Shown: positions 41,916 through 51,732 of the stretch, piece after piece
Layout: each line of letters begins with the position of its first letter
Numbering within the stretch: the stretch's first letter is position 1
Assembly (NCBI GenBank): GCA_963768765.1
Contig: CAVYJK010000024.1
Coordinates: 26,167-90,166, forward strand
Direction: 5' to 3'
Length of the DNA stretch: 64,000 nucleotides
Source: an uncultured delta proteobacterium
GTDB lineage: Bacteria; Desulfobacterota; Desulfobaccia; Desulfobaccales; 0-14-0-80-60-11
Made by a program: the position numbers and the translations under genes
The notes under the pieces: generated by a model
Databases searched by the model: none
Told to the model about the DNA's origin: nothing
What the model saw: only the letters and a program-made list of their open reading frames with translations

Positions 41916-42773
41916 ATGATGCTGCCACTGGACCTGTACCAAGGTATCGAGTCGGCCTGGTGCCCGGGCTGCGGCAACTTCCCCATGCTCAAGGCCTTCA
42001 AGCAGGCCCTGGCGGAGCTGGAAATCCGGCCCGAAGAGCTCCTGGTGGTCTCGGGCATCGGCCAATCGGGCAAGTTTCCGCACTACTTGAAGTGCAACAC
42101 CTTCAACGGCATCCACGGCCGCACCCTGCCGGTGGCCACCGGGGCCCGGCTGGCCAACCATGAGCTGAAGGTGGTGGCCGCAGCCGGGGACGGGGACTGC
42201 TACGGGGAAGGCGGCAACCACTTGCTGGCGGCGCTGCGCCGGAACCCGGACCTCACCCTGGTGGTGCACAACAACCAGGTCTACGCCCTGACCAAGGGCC
42301 AGGCCTCCCCCACCAGCGACCTGGGTTACAAGACCCTGCTGCAGCCCCAAGGGGTGTACTACCCGCCGCTCCACGCCCTGGCCATCGCGGTGGCCCAGGA
42401 GTGCTCCTGGGTGGGCCGGGGCTTCGCCGGGGAACTCGAGCACCTCACCGGCCTGTACAAGCAGGCCCTGACCCACCGTGGCTTCGCGCTTCTTGAGGTG
42501 CTGCAGCCGTGCGTCTCATTTAATAAAGTAAATACCTTCCAGTGGTATAAGCAAAGGGTCTACCACGTGGAAGGGGAGCCGGATTACGATCCGGAGAACG
42601 AAATCTGGGCGTATCAGAAGGCCAAGGAATGGGGGGAGCGGATTCCCATCGGCGTGATCTACCGCCGGCCGCGGTCCTTGCTGGAGGAATGCCACCCGGC
42701 CTTGCAGGCCGGCCCCCTGGTCCGCCAAAAACCGGAGCGGCCCATCCACCGGCTCCTGGCGGAGTTCTATTAG
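41916..42773 (+). CDS. korB: 2-oxoacid:ferredoxin oxidoreductase beta subunit (TPP-binding)
   Basis: WCPGCGNF and GDGDCYGEGGNH. Confidence 0.9.
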   Translation: MMLPLDLYQGIESAWCPGCGNFPMLKAFKQALAELEIRPEELLVVSGIGQSGKFPHYLKCNTFNGIHGRTLPVATGARLANHELKVVAAAGDGDCYGEGGNHLLAALRRNPDLTLVVHNNQVYALTKGQASPTSDLGYKTLLQPQGVYYPPLHALAIAVAQECSWVGRGFAGELEHLTGLYKQALTHRGFALLEVLQPCVSFNKVNTFQWYKQRVYHVEGEPDYDPENEIWAYQKAKEWGERIPIGVIYRRPRSLLEECHPALQAGPLVRQKPERPIHRLLAEFY

Positions 42774-42876
42774 CAGATTGTCCCCCCAAAATGGGGGAAA
42801 ATGGGGAGGCGGAAACCTCCTGGTTCTTGAAACGGGAAACCGCATCTTTCCATAGCTGGTTCGAGAGGAGACCAAC

Positions 42877-43044
42877 ATGGTGGCTGACAAAGAACTGCGT
42901 TCCTGGGACATCGTCCGGGAACCCAACCGCATCCTGCTGGAAGAAGACTACGGCTCCCGCATGGAGCTCTTGATCTACCTGCTTACCTGGGCGGTGGAGA
43001 TCGGGCTCTGTTTCGTCTTCGCCATCTCCTACCTCAGGGGCTAG
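42877..43044 (+). CDS. Small (55 aa) hypothetical membrane protein, below the ORF-track length cut-off
   Basis: The ATG is preceded by GAGGAG at 6 nt. The C-terminal hydrophobic helix is LLIYLLTWAVEIGLCFVFAISYL. GC3-rich codon usage resembles the neighbouring genes. Confidence 0.4.
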   Translation: MVADKELRSWDIVREPNRILLEEDYGSRMELLIYLLTWAVEIGLCFVFAISYLRG

Positions 43045-43056
43045 TGGGTTATTGGG

Positions 43057-43126
43057 GTCACCCGGAACGGAGTGAATGGTCTCAATTATTTGAGATAATG
43101 AGATTCTTCGCTCCGCTCGGAATGAC
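43057..43126. repeat. Long inverted-repeat element (same family as 7581-7650)
   Basis: GTCACCCGGAACGGAGTGAATGGTCTC ... GAGATTCTTCGCTCCGCTCGGAATGAC. Confidence 0.7.
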
Positions 43127-43605
43127 GGATAAGAAGTATGGCCAATTTTTGCTACAGGCGTCCGGGCAGCGCGGGAAGATACTTTCTGGCAGAGCCCGGT
43201 CTGATTCAGGCTTTTAAAGGTATTCGGGGCGTTGCCGAATTACCCCTGGAGGGTGGGGGCCACGTTTTCCATAACCCGGCCAATATGGGTTGCATTTTGC
43301 AACAGGCATAGCCTGGCAGCTAAGGGCACCTGGTTTAAGGAACCACGGGCGGGGTTTTGTGAAAGTTGGCATAAAAAAATCTTGATTAATAATTGAAATA
43401 AACCTTGACTGGGCTTAAAATATAGGGTGAGAAGGATTTTAGGCTTATTTTCTCTGGCGGCGCCGCTAAAGACAGGCGGTGTTCGACAGTTAGTAGGCGC
43501 GGGGCAGGAACCCACCATACCTGGGGGTTACCACAGGCACTGGCGTAGCTGGATTCGCAGAGCCTAGGAGCCGATGGGAAAGGCTCAGGGAGGTGTGGGA
43601 CGACC

Positions 43606-44634
43606 ATGATTAACGAACTATTAGCTCCGGGCGGCAGCCTGGAAATGGTGAAGGGCGTTTTCAAAAACGGCGCCAACGCCGTTTATGTGGGGGCTAAGGG
43701 ATTTAGCCGCCGGAAATGCCAATGGGAACTGGAAGACAGCCAGATCGGTGACGCGGTGTGCATCGCCGCCGACTACCAGGGGAAGGTCCGGGTGGCCCTG
43801 AACGCGGAGATCACCCCGGAGAGATTGCCCCTGGTGTTGCAGAAAGTAGAAAAGTACGCCCACTTCGGTATCGAAGGGGTGATCGTCAAGACCCCGGCGG
43901 TCATGCAGGAAGTCCACCGGCGTTTCCCGCACCTGGTGATCCACGCCAGCGTGGGCTGCAACATCCAGACCCAGGAGGAGATGGCCCGGTTTAAATCCTA
44001 CGGCGCCACGCAGCTGGTGGCTTCCACGGAAATCAACACGGCGGAGAAGCTGGCCCGGTTCAAGCGGGAAGCCGACGAGCTGGGGCTGCTCACCGAAATT
44101 CTCATCCATGGGAATCGCTGCATCGGCGGCGTGGGCAACTGCATGTTCCATGAGCTCATTGCCGACTCCTACATCCGCAAGGTTTACCGGGACGAGGAAG
44201 GCAACGAGATCGTGGAATACGAAGGCTGGCCGGACCGCAGCGGCAGCTGCTTTCGTCTGTGCCTGCTTACCGATGAGCAGCGCCGCAAGGTCCTGAGCAA
44301 GCGGGGGCAACCGGCGGATAAGATCGAGGCCATCAACGAGCGGGTCCGGCGCCAGCCCAACGTGGCTTTCGCCATCCTGGGCGACGAGCTGAAGGCCTAC
44401 CTGGACCTGGGGCTGGCCACCGTCAAGGTTCAGGGCCGGGAGTACTCGGTGGCCATGATCTCCAAGATGATCTGCTGCTACCGCCAGCTCATCGACGCCC
44501 ACAGCCGGGGCGAAGACATCAATGCCACCTTCTACCAGCGCATCCAGGACCGGCTGGCCGCCCTGGTGGCGAAGCGGGACCAGGCCCGCCTGGAAAAGAC
44601 CAAGGAGCTCCATCGCAACATTGTGGGCCTGTAA
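43606..44634 (+). CDS. Peptidase U32 family protein
   Basis: [26 protein letters not shown]... is typical of a U32 N-terminus. Length and Cys pattern fit. Confidence 0.8.
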   Translation: MINELLAPGGSLEMVKGVFKNGANAVYVGAKGFSRRKCQWELEDSQIGDAVCIAADYQGKVRVALNAEITPERLPLVLQKVEKYAHFGIEGVIVKTPAVMQEVHRRFPHLVIHASVGCNIQTQEEMARFKSYGATQLVASTEINTAEKLARFKREADELGLLTEILIHGNRCIGGVGNCMFHELIADSYIRKVYRDEEGNEIVEYEGWPDRSGSCFRLCLLTDEQRRKVLSKRGQPADKIEAINERVRRQPNVAFAILGDELKAYLDLGLATVKVQGREYSVAMISKMICCYRQLIDAHSRGEDINATFYQRIQDRLAALVAKRDQARLEKTKELHRNIVGL

Positions 44635-44685
44635 TTGATAACTTTTTTGTCAAGTTAAGGATAATTTTACTTTATTGTGTGTAGA

Positions 44686-44716
44686 AGCCTGCCCTATAAT
44701 GGGGCAGGCTTTTTTT
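44686..44716 (+). terminator. Rho-independent terminator after the U32 gene
   Basis: AGCCTGCCC / loop TATAATG / GGGCAGGCT, followed by T6. Confidence 0.8.
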
Positions 44717-44841
44717 CTGGAACCGAGAGCGAGTGAAATAGATAGCGGCGCAGTCACGAGGGATTGCTCCCCGGGACGCGGCGAGCCTGACCCCAAAACG
44801 GAGTTTTTAAGAGTCTTCCCGGGGGCGCTGATTCCGATAGC

Positions 44842-46524
44842 TTGAGGCTCTGGTGGTTAATCCTCTTGAATGCGAGGCTCCGAAGACCGGTGACGCTAAG
44901 TAAGGTTCGTTTGCGGCCCCCCTCTCCGGCCTGGTGGGCCGGTATATTGCTGGGCGCCGTGGTACTGGTGGGTTGCTTCTACAACCTGGCCAATTATCCC
45001 ACCATCTGGTGGGACGAAGGCATCTTTTCCGAGACCGCCGCCAACCTGGTGCAGCACGGGCGCTACGCCTTTACGGTGCAAAGCCCCGATCAGTTGAGCG
45101 ATCTGGATTTTCGCATCAGCGTGGGGCCGGCGGTCATCCTGCCGGTGGCGCTGGCTTACAAAATTTTCGGGGTGGAGGTGACTTCGGGGCGTCTGGTGGC
45201 CGGGGCCTACCTGGTTCTCACTTTCCTGGCCCTGTTTCTGGGAACCCGGCGCCTGTTCGGCCCGGCTGCGGGCTTGCTGGCCGTGGCCCTGGCCTTTATC
45301 GGCACCGACGTCCTCTACTGGGGGCGCTCGGTCCTGGGAGACATCCCGGCCCTGGGCTTGTTTCTCTGCGGCAGCTGTTTTCTCTTGCGGGCCCTGGACT
45401 CTGGTTCGGTCCTGCCGCTCTTTTGGGGAGGAGTCTTTCTCGGCCTGGCCTTTGACGCCAAGGAGTTTTACGGCTTGGCCTTACTGCCGCCCCTGATCTT
45501 GGTGGCCCGGCAGAGTTGGCGGGACTGGCGCAGGTTGGCCCTCCGGCTCTTGGCTTTTGGCGGCGGCGCGACCCTGCCCATTGCGGCCTATGTCCTCTTC
45601 AAGGCGGTGATCCTGGGAGACCTGGGGGCCGCGGTGCTCCATTTCCTCCACCAGAAGAAGCTGCTGTGCCACGAGTTTTTTACTCCCTTCACCATTGGCC
45701 ACGTCTACCCGGAAAGTTTTATCTACCTGCTGCAGCATCCCCTCTTCTGGCTGGGAATCCTGGGAGCCCTCTGGGTCTGGAAGAAAGGAAACTTTGCGCC
45801 CGGGGAGAAGCTCTGGGTATGGAACTTTCTGCTCTGGAGCCTGGTTTACCTCACCGCGGTTTACTGGCATCGGTTCGCCTTGCCGGCCCTGTTCCTGGCC
45901 AGTCCCCTGGCGGCCCAGTTTCTCTTGAAGGGCCTGGCCCGGCTCACCGCCCTGGCGTCGCCCCGGGCCCCCGGCTGGTTGGGGGCCGGTCTGCTGGCGG
46001 CTTTTTTTATCATGATCTATCCGACGGAGGGCCTGGATATTCTGGGTCAGATCTTGACCCGGCAGGGCGACGCGCCGTCTAAGCTGGTGAGCTATCTCCG
46101 CACGCATGTGCCGGTAAAGTGCCTCATTGAAACGCCGGAGTACGAGCTGGCCTTTCTGGACGACGATCATCGCATCCATCTCATGCCGTCGTATTATTTC
46201 GTGGAATCGACCCCAGGGCGGGTGGTGCTCTTGAATCCCCGCCAAACACCCTACGATTTTGAGCGGGTGGGGGCCGATTTTCTGATCCTGGGAAGCTTCG
46301 GGAAGAGCGTGTTTCGGCAAGTCTATCCCGCATCCATGGTGGCCCGGGATTGGCGCCGCATCGCCCGGGTGGAATATTACGACATTTTCATTTCTCGAAA
46401 ATGTGAGAAAAAGATGTTAAAATTGGTTAATAGAGCCGTCGCCTCGAAACGACCGGCTACTGCCATAAGGCCCGCCGCTAAAGTAAATGCCGCAAAAACG
46501 GAGCTTAATTCGTTCGATCACTGA
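44842..46524 (+). CDS. Polytopic membrane glycosyltransferase, GT39/ArnT (PMT_2)-like
   Basis: About 12 hydrophobic segments. The first-loop acidic motif is WWDEGIFSE. A soluble C-terminal domain follows. The start codon is uncertain. Confidence 0.6.
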   Translation: MRLWWLILLNARLRRPVTLSKVRLRPPSPAWWAGILLGAVVLVGCFYNLANYPTIWWDEGIFSETAANLVQHGRYAFTVQSPDQLSDLDFRISVGPAVILPVALAYKIFGVEVTSGRLVAGAYLVLTFLALFLGTRRLFGPAAGLLAVALAFIGTDVLYWGRSVLGDIPALGLFLCGSCFLLRALDSGSVLPLFWGGVFLGLAFDAKEFYGLALLPPLILVARQSWRDWRRLALRLLAFGGGATLPIAAYVLFKAVILGDLGAAVLHFLHQKKLLCHEFFTPFTIGHVYPESFIYLLQHPLFWLGILGALWVWKKGNFAPGEKLWVWNFLLWSLVYLTAVYWHRFALPALFLASPLAAQFLLKGLARLTALASPRAPGWLGAGLLAAFFIMIYPTEGLDILGQILTRQGDAPSKLVSYLRTHVPVKCLIETPEYELAFLDDDHRIHLMPSYYFVESTPGRVVLLNPRQTPYDFERVGADFLILGSFGKSVFRQVYPASMVARDWRRIARVEYYDIFISRKCEKKMLKLVNRAVASKRPATAIRPAAKVNAAKTELNSFDH

Positions 46525-47257
46525 TTTTCGCAGCCAGTACAGGCGGTTGCGTTGCGGCGACGCGGTGCTGGGCGCCCTGGCCTTGAGACCCGGGGAGGAG
46601 ATCAAGTTGCTGGATCTGGCGGACCGGGGGGTGGCCTTCTTTCCCCCGGCCCTGGTTCAGCTGCTGTGCCGGTCCAAGGCGGCCCAGGCCGAAGTCCTGG
46701 GGGAATTCATGGTGCCCGGGGCCTTTGTGGCCTACGCCCTCCCTGACCTGGCCGCCCACCTGCCGGAGTTCCATTCCCGGAACCTGGGCCCGGTGGTGGT
46801 CAAACTGGACCGGGGCCACCTGGGCCTGGGGGTGAGCCTCTGGCCGTCCCTGGAGGCCCTTTACAGCCTGGCGGGCCTCAAAGGCCTGACCTATCCCCTG
46901 GTGGTGCAGCCCTTGCTTATGGGCGCCCGGGATCTGAGGGCCGTCTTTTTAGGTGACTATGTCGAAGCCTACGAACGGGTCAACCCTCACAGTTTTCGGA
47001 AAAATCTCTTTCAAGGCGGCTCCTCCAAGCTCGCCGTCCTCACCCCCGAGCAGACGGCTTTTTGCCGCCGGGTCATGGACCGGGGGAAATTCCCCTATGC
47101 CATTTTGGATCTGCTCGTAAGTCCCCAGGGCGCGACCTATCTTTCGGAAATCAGTATCAAGGGGGGGCTCACCGGGGCCCGCCTCACCCAGGCGGATTTC
47201 CGGCAACGGGTTGCCTCCCTGGAAGAGGAATTCGTCAAACAATGGGAAAACTCATAG
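46487..47257 (+). CDS. ATP-grasp (RimK-like) domain protein
   Basis: The core PVVVKLDRGHLGLGVSL...LVVQPLL...DLRAVFLGDYVEAYERV...FPYAILDLLV...YLSEISIKGGL resembles an ATP-grasp fold. The start is uncertain (ATG 46487 or GTG about 46565). Confidence 0.5.
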   Translation: MPQKRSLIRSITDFRSQYRRLRCGDAVLGALALRPGEEIKLLDLADRGVAFFPPALVQLLCRSKAAQAEVLGEFMVPGAFVAYALPDLAAHLPEFHSRNLGPVVVKLDRGHLGLGVSLWPSLEALYSLAGLKGLTYPLVVQPLLMGARDLRAVFLGDYVEAYERVNPHSFRKNLFQGGSSKLAVLTPEQTAFCRRVMDRGKFPYAILDLLVSPQGATYLSEISIKGGLTGARLTQADFRQRVASLEEEFVKQWENS

Positions 47258-47934
47258 AGGATCCGAACTTACGCGACCACATCCACGTCTTTCTTGACCG
47301 GGCCGGGGCCGGCCAGCAGCTGGCGTCCCTGCTGCTCGATTATCAGGGCCAGGAGGTCCATCTGTTCGCCATCCCCGCCGGCGGGGTGCCGGTGGCCGCG
47401 GAGATCGCCCGGGGCCTGGGGGTCCCGTTGGACCTGGTGATCGTCCGGAAGATCCAGTTCCCCTGGACCACCGAAGCCGGTTTCGGGGCCCTGGATTCCA
47501 CGGGGGAGGCCATCTTTAACCAGGAATTGCTGCAGCGCATGTTCATTACCCCGGAGGAGATGGAAGCCCAGGTGCAAAAAACCGCGGCCATAATCAGGCA
47601 GCGGGAGGAGAGACTCCGGGGCGGCAGACCCTATCCCAATCTTACAGGCCGGCCCGCCATCATCGTGGACGACGGCCTGGCTTCGGGCTACACCATGCGG
47701 GCCGCGGTCAAGTTTTTGCGCGCCCGGGGCGCGGGCCAGGTCGTGGTCGCGGTGCCCACGGGCTGTGAGCGCACCGTGGGGGACCTCCTGCCCCTGGTGG
47801 ACGAGCTCTACTGCCTCAACGTCCGGGGCGGCTGGTCCTTCGCGGTGGCCGACGCCTACCAGAACTGGTACGATCTGACGGAAGAGGAAGTTTTAGATAT
47901 TCTGAGATCCTTAAGCCCTGCAAAAGAACCTTGA
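47242..47934 (+). CDS. Phosphoribosyltransferase-family protein (COG1926-like)
   Basis: The PRPP-binding loop is AIIVDDGLASGYTM. There are paired VPVA / VAVP strands. The gene overlaps the ATP-grasp gene by 16 nt. Confidence 0.75.
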   Translation: MGKLIEDPNLRDHIHVFLDRAGAGQQLASLLLDYQGQEVHLFAIPAGGVPVAAEIARGLGVPLDLVIVRKIQFPWTTEAGFGALDSTGEAIFNQELLQRMFITPEEMEAQVQKTAAIIRQREERLRGGRPYPNLTGRPAIIVDDGLASGYTMRAAVKFLRARGAGQVVVAVPTGCERTVGDLLPLVDELYCLNVRGGWSFAVADAYQNWYDLTEEEVLDILRSLSPAKEP

Positions 47935-48067
47935 CCACCGTTGTAATTCCGGGTCAGAATAAAGAAGACCCCGATTCTAAGAAGATTCATCGAATTCCCC
48001 TTGAAGGCCTAGGATAAAGCGGGATATCCCGACTCCGGTTCCGGAGCCGGACAGTTGGAGCTTTTAG

Positions 48068-49252
48068 ATGGCAGAGAATTGGTTTGAAAGAAATCCCAAA
48101 AAAACCATCTGCTCTTTGTTAATCGTATTATTCTTCATCATGGTTTATGGCGCTGAGAAGCTGCTGGAATATAAAAACCCGGTGGTCGGCTTTAACTATG
48201 CCCTGCCCAACCGGGCCATCCGGCTAAGGGAATATCGGCCTTCCATGACTGAATACTTTCTACCTGGGAGGGAGGAAAAGTATTTCGATAGCCTGGTCCT
48301 GAGAAAATATGTATTAAGGTTAGATAATAATGGTTTCATCATTCCCTCGAAAAAATATGACCACCCGGATCTCTCTCTGGTATTTTTAGGAGCATCCACT
48401 ACCGAATGCCGCTTCATGGAAGAAGACCAAAGATTTCCTTATTTAGTAGGCTCATTACTCGAAAAAAAATTGGGAGTCAGGATCAATTCTTATAATGCCG
48501 GCAGAAGTGGTAATCACAGCCTCCACTCCATAGATATTCTGCTCAATAAAGTTATGCCGATTAAACCGCAAATCGTTCTGATGATGCATAATATTAATGA
48601 CCTCGTCATCTTGCTTTATGAAAAATCTTATTGGAACAATAACTCGTCAAGATCGGTAATTATTGACATGAATGATGAGATAGTTTCTAACTTCATCAAA
48701 ATAATGAGAGATAGATATATTCCCAACCTATCTGCGGAAATGCACAAGTTGGAAAAATCCGTCAGGTCTTTATGGAAATCCGAGCCCAAAGGCGGCAACC
48801 TGTCGGACCCAAGGGATGAATTCTCCGAGGTCAGGGGCAAGAAGATGGTAATTAACCAATCGGAACTGATCGCCCAGTTTGAGATGAATTTGCAGTGTTT
48901 TATTTATCTCTGCAAGGCAAGAAACATCGTCCCGGTCTTGATGACCATGGCCAGCAGGCTGAAAGACATCCCGGATAAAGCTATTGCCGACGGCATCAGG
49001 GAGGCCGGTCTTAATTACGCGGAATTTAAGGCGCTTTTTGATTCGTTCAATGATGCTATCCGCAAAAAGGCCTCGGAAAACCATATTATGCTCATCGATC
49101 TGGCCAAAGGAATTCCTCCCGAACGGGAATATTTCTATGATGTGGTGCACCACAACCCTAAAGGCTCGGTTAAAGCGGCAGAAATTATCAGTGAGCATTT
49201 GCAACCTCTGGTTAAGCAAATTATCGAGCAGAGAAAAGCAACCTTAAATTAA
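48068..49252 (+). CDS. Membrane-anchored SGNH/GDSL-like hydrolase (AT-rich gene)
   Basis: N-terminal TM helix. SGNH-like blocks FLGASTTE, NAGRSGN, MMHNIND and DVVHHN. It is clearly more AT-rich than its neighbours. Confidence 0.6.
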   Translation: MAENWFERNPKKTICSLLIVLFFIMVYGAEKLLEYKNPVVGFNYALPNRAIRLREYRPSMTEYFLPGREEKYFDSLVLRKYVLRLDNNGFIIPSKKYDHPDLSLVFLGASTTECRFMEEDQRFPYLVGSLLEKKLGVRINSYNAGRSGNHSLHSIDILLNKVMPIKPQIVLMMHNINDLVILLYEKSYWNNNSSRSVIIDMNDEIVSNFIKIMRDRYIPNLSAEMHKLEKSVRSLWKSEPKGGNLSDPRDEFSEVRGKKMVINQSELIAQFEMNLQCFIYLCKARNIVPVLMTMASRLKDIPDKAIADGIREAGLNYAEFKALFDSFNDAIRKKASENHIMLIDLAKGIPPEREYFYDVVHHNPKGSVKAAEIISEHLQPLVKQIIEQRKATLN

Positions 49253-49272
49253 GTTCCAGCCAAAGCTTCACT

Positions 49273-49910
49273 ATGAGTCGCATCAGTTTTCCCTCTGTAG
49301 TGGCTAAATCCTCGAAACTAAGAAACCGGACTATCCCCAGGGATCGGCTGGCCTTCGACATCGACGGGGTGGTGGCCGACATCATGACCACCTTCCTCAC
49401 CCTGGCCCGGGAGCGCTTCGACGTGGGCCACCACCTGCGCTACGAGCACATCACCACCTTTTACCTGGAGGAGTGCCTGGACCTGGAGCCCTGGATCATC
49501 GCGGAGCTCATCCGGGAACTCATCGACCGCCCCCATGAGCTGCCCGTGGAACCCCTGCCCCACGCGGTGCCGGTGCTGACCCGTCTGGTCGGCGAGAGAC
49601 TCCCTTGCTGTTCGTCACCGCCCGGGACCGGGCCGGGCCCATCGAGACCTGGCTGAACCGCACCCTGGCGGGGGTGCCGCCGGCGGCCATCCGGGTGGTG
49701 GCCACCGGCGACCCGGACACCAAGATCCATTACCTTAAGGACCACCGCATCCAGTACTTCGTGGAAGACCGCCTGGAAACCTGCCTGCAACTGGCCGATA
49801 ACGGCATCACCCCCATCCTCTTCGCCCAACCCTGGAACCGCCAACCGCACCCGTTCCTGGAAGTGAAGGACTGGCCGGCCCTGGCCGACCTCCTCTTCGA
49901 GGAGGGTTAG
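49273..49910 (+). CDS. HAD-superfamily 5'(3')-nucleotidase-like protein; frameshift near 49600
   Basis: FDIDGVVAD (DxDG motif I) is in ORF 49273..49656. LLFVTAR...FVEDR...ILFAQPWN is in ORF 49605..49910. Confidence 0.6.
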
Positions 49911-49912
49911 GA

Positions 49913-50100
49913 TTGTGGGGAGGGGGCCAGGGGCCGACGGCCCCTGCCCCCTCCCCCAACCCCCTCCCCCAACCCCCATAAGGGTGTAAAAAATATTGGC
50001 TGGCGGAGTCGGGCGCAGCCCGCCTCCGCCAGCCCCTTACGGGGGTTGGGTGGGGGGTTTGGGGGGAGGGCAGGGACGAAGTCCCTGGCCCTCCCCCCAA
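49913..50100. repeat. Full copy of the composite G-rich three-hairpin intergenic repeat
   Basis: Same modular layout as 21167-21368. Confidence 0.85.
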
Positions 50101-50112
50101 TTCCCTAAAAGG

Positions 50113-50160
50113 GTGCCTGCAGGGCTGGGAAAATCCCAGCCCTGCAGGCACTTCCATTTT
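50113..50160 (+). terminator. Strong hairpin terminator
   Basis: An 18-bp perfect stem GTGCCTGCAGGGCTGGGA / TCCCAGCCCTGCAGGCAC with a 3-nt loop, followed by TTCCATTTT. Confidence 0.65.
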
Positions 50161-50186
50161 CGCCGCCAATCAGATAGAATTCTCCT

Positions 50187-51450
50187 ATGACGCAGCGGGA
50201 AGCAGCTTTAAACGGGCGCATCACGGCGGCCATGGAGCAGGCGGCGGCCAGGGAGGGTCTCCCTCCCGAGGTCATCCGCCGGGGATTGGCCCGGGGTGAC
50301 CTGGTGGTGCCGGCCAACCGGGGCCACCGGGGGCTCGAGGCCGCGGCCATCGGCGCCGGCGTCCGGGTGAAGATCAACGCCAATATCGGCACCTCCCCCC
50401 ACGACATCAGTCTGGAAAAAGAGCAGGCCAAGCTGGCCGCGGCCCTGGAGTATGGGGCGGACGCGGTCATGGACCTCTCAACCGGCGGCGACCTGGACGA
50501 GATCCGCACCGCGCTCCTGGCCCGCTGCCGAGTCCCCTTCGGCACCGTGCCCATCTATCAAGTGATGACCGAGGCCAAATCCCTGGACGAAGTCAAGGCG
50601 AAGTCCATCCTGGAGATGGTGCGCCATCACGCCAGGCAGGGGGTGGACTTCGTCACGGTGCACTGCGGCGTCACCCGGGGGGCGCTCCCCCTTCTGTCCA
50701 AGCGGGTCACCGGGGTGGTCTCCCGGGGCGGGGCTTTCCTGGTCGCCTGGATGCGCCGCTTCGGGCGGGAGAACCCGCTGTACGAGCACTATGACCAGCT
50801 CCTGGACATTGCCCGGGAATACGACGTCACCCTGTCTCTGGGGGACGGCCTGCGCCCCGGGTGTCTGGCCGACGCCACCGACCGGGCCCAACTGCACGAG
50901 CTGAAAATCCTGGGCGAGCTCACCAAGCGGGCCTGGGCTAAGGGCGTCCAAGTGATGGTGGAGGGGCCGGGCCATCTGCCGCTGCACGTCATCCGGAAGA
51001 ATGTCCGCCTCCAGCAGAAGTATTGCCAGAACGCCCCCTTTTACGTGCTGGGGCCCCTGGTCACCGACGTGGCTTCGGGCTACGACCACATCGCCGGGGC
51101 CATTGGCGGGGCCCTGGCCGCCACGGAGGGCGCGGCCTTCCTCTGCTACGTCACCCCGGCGGAGCACCTGAAGCTGCCGGAGGTGGAGGACGTCATCGAC
51201 GGGGTGGTGGCCTCCCGTATCGCGGCCCACGCCGCGGATATCGCCCGGGGCCTGCCCGGCGCCGCGGACTGGGATCTCGCAGATGTCCAGAGCCCGCCGG
51301 GCCCTGGACTGGGACACCCAGATCAAGCTCTCCGTCAACCCGGTGAAAGCCCGGCGCTACCGGGAGCTCTCCCAGGCCAAGGAAGACCAGTGCACCATGT
51401 GCGGCCGCTTCTGCGCCATGAAGGTCTTCGACGATAAGTTTGAGGAATGA
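50187..51450 (+). CDS. thiC: Phosphomethylpyrimidine synthase; frameshift near 51280
   Basis: The ThiC core is present (GTVPIYQ, VEGPGH, FYVLGPLVTDVA.GYDHI). The C-terminal MSRARRALDWDTQ...CTMCGRFCAMK (Fe-S Cys motif) is in the alternative frame ending at 51450. Confidence 0.9.
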
Positions 51451-51452
51451 GT

Positions 51453-51527
51453 TTTGGGGGAGGGGGCCAAGGGCCGAGGGCCCTTACGCTTACAAAAAAC
51501 TCCCCCAAGCCCCCACCCCCAATCCCC
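51453..51527. repeat. Left module of the G-rich repeat (half element)
   Basis: TTTGGGGGAGGGGGCCAAGGGCC...CTCCCCCAAGCCCCCACCCCCAATCCCC. It ends at the junction where full copies continue with TAAGTT. Confidence 0.75.
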
Positions 51528-51732
51528 AGAAGAAGCCTTGCAAGGCGGGACCTGCGGCCCGGCTTGCAAGGCTTTTGGTTTTTGATTAACATATGTTAAG
51601 CAATAAACCTTAACATCTATTGCCCAAACCTGCATCAACCCCGCAGCATTGCTGGTTCTCTTTTTCTGGCATATTCCTTGCTCATAGTGGATTAAATTGA
51701 ATTTTGGGAAAATCGCCATTAAGGAGAAAGTC

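Noticed and set aside
50100-50186. Expected TPP riboswitch upstream of thiC. I also looked upstream of the MTH1187/YkoF-like gene at 37312-37581.
   Set aside because: There is no CUGAGA / ACCCUUUGAACCUGAUC-type core in either region. The thiC upstream region is occupied by a repeat element and a terminator hairpin.
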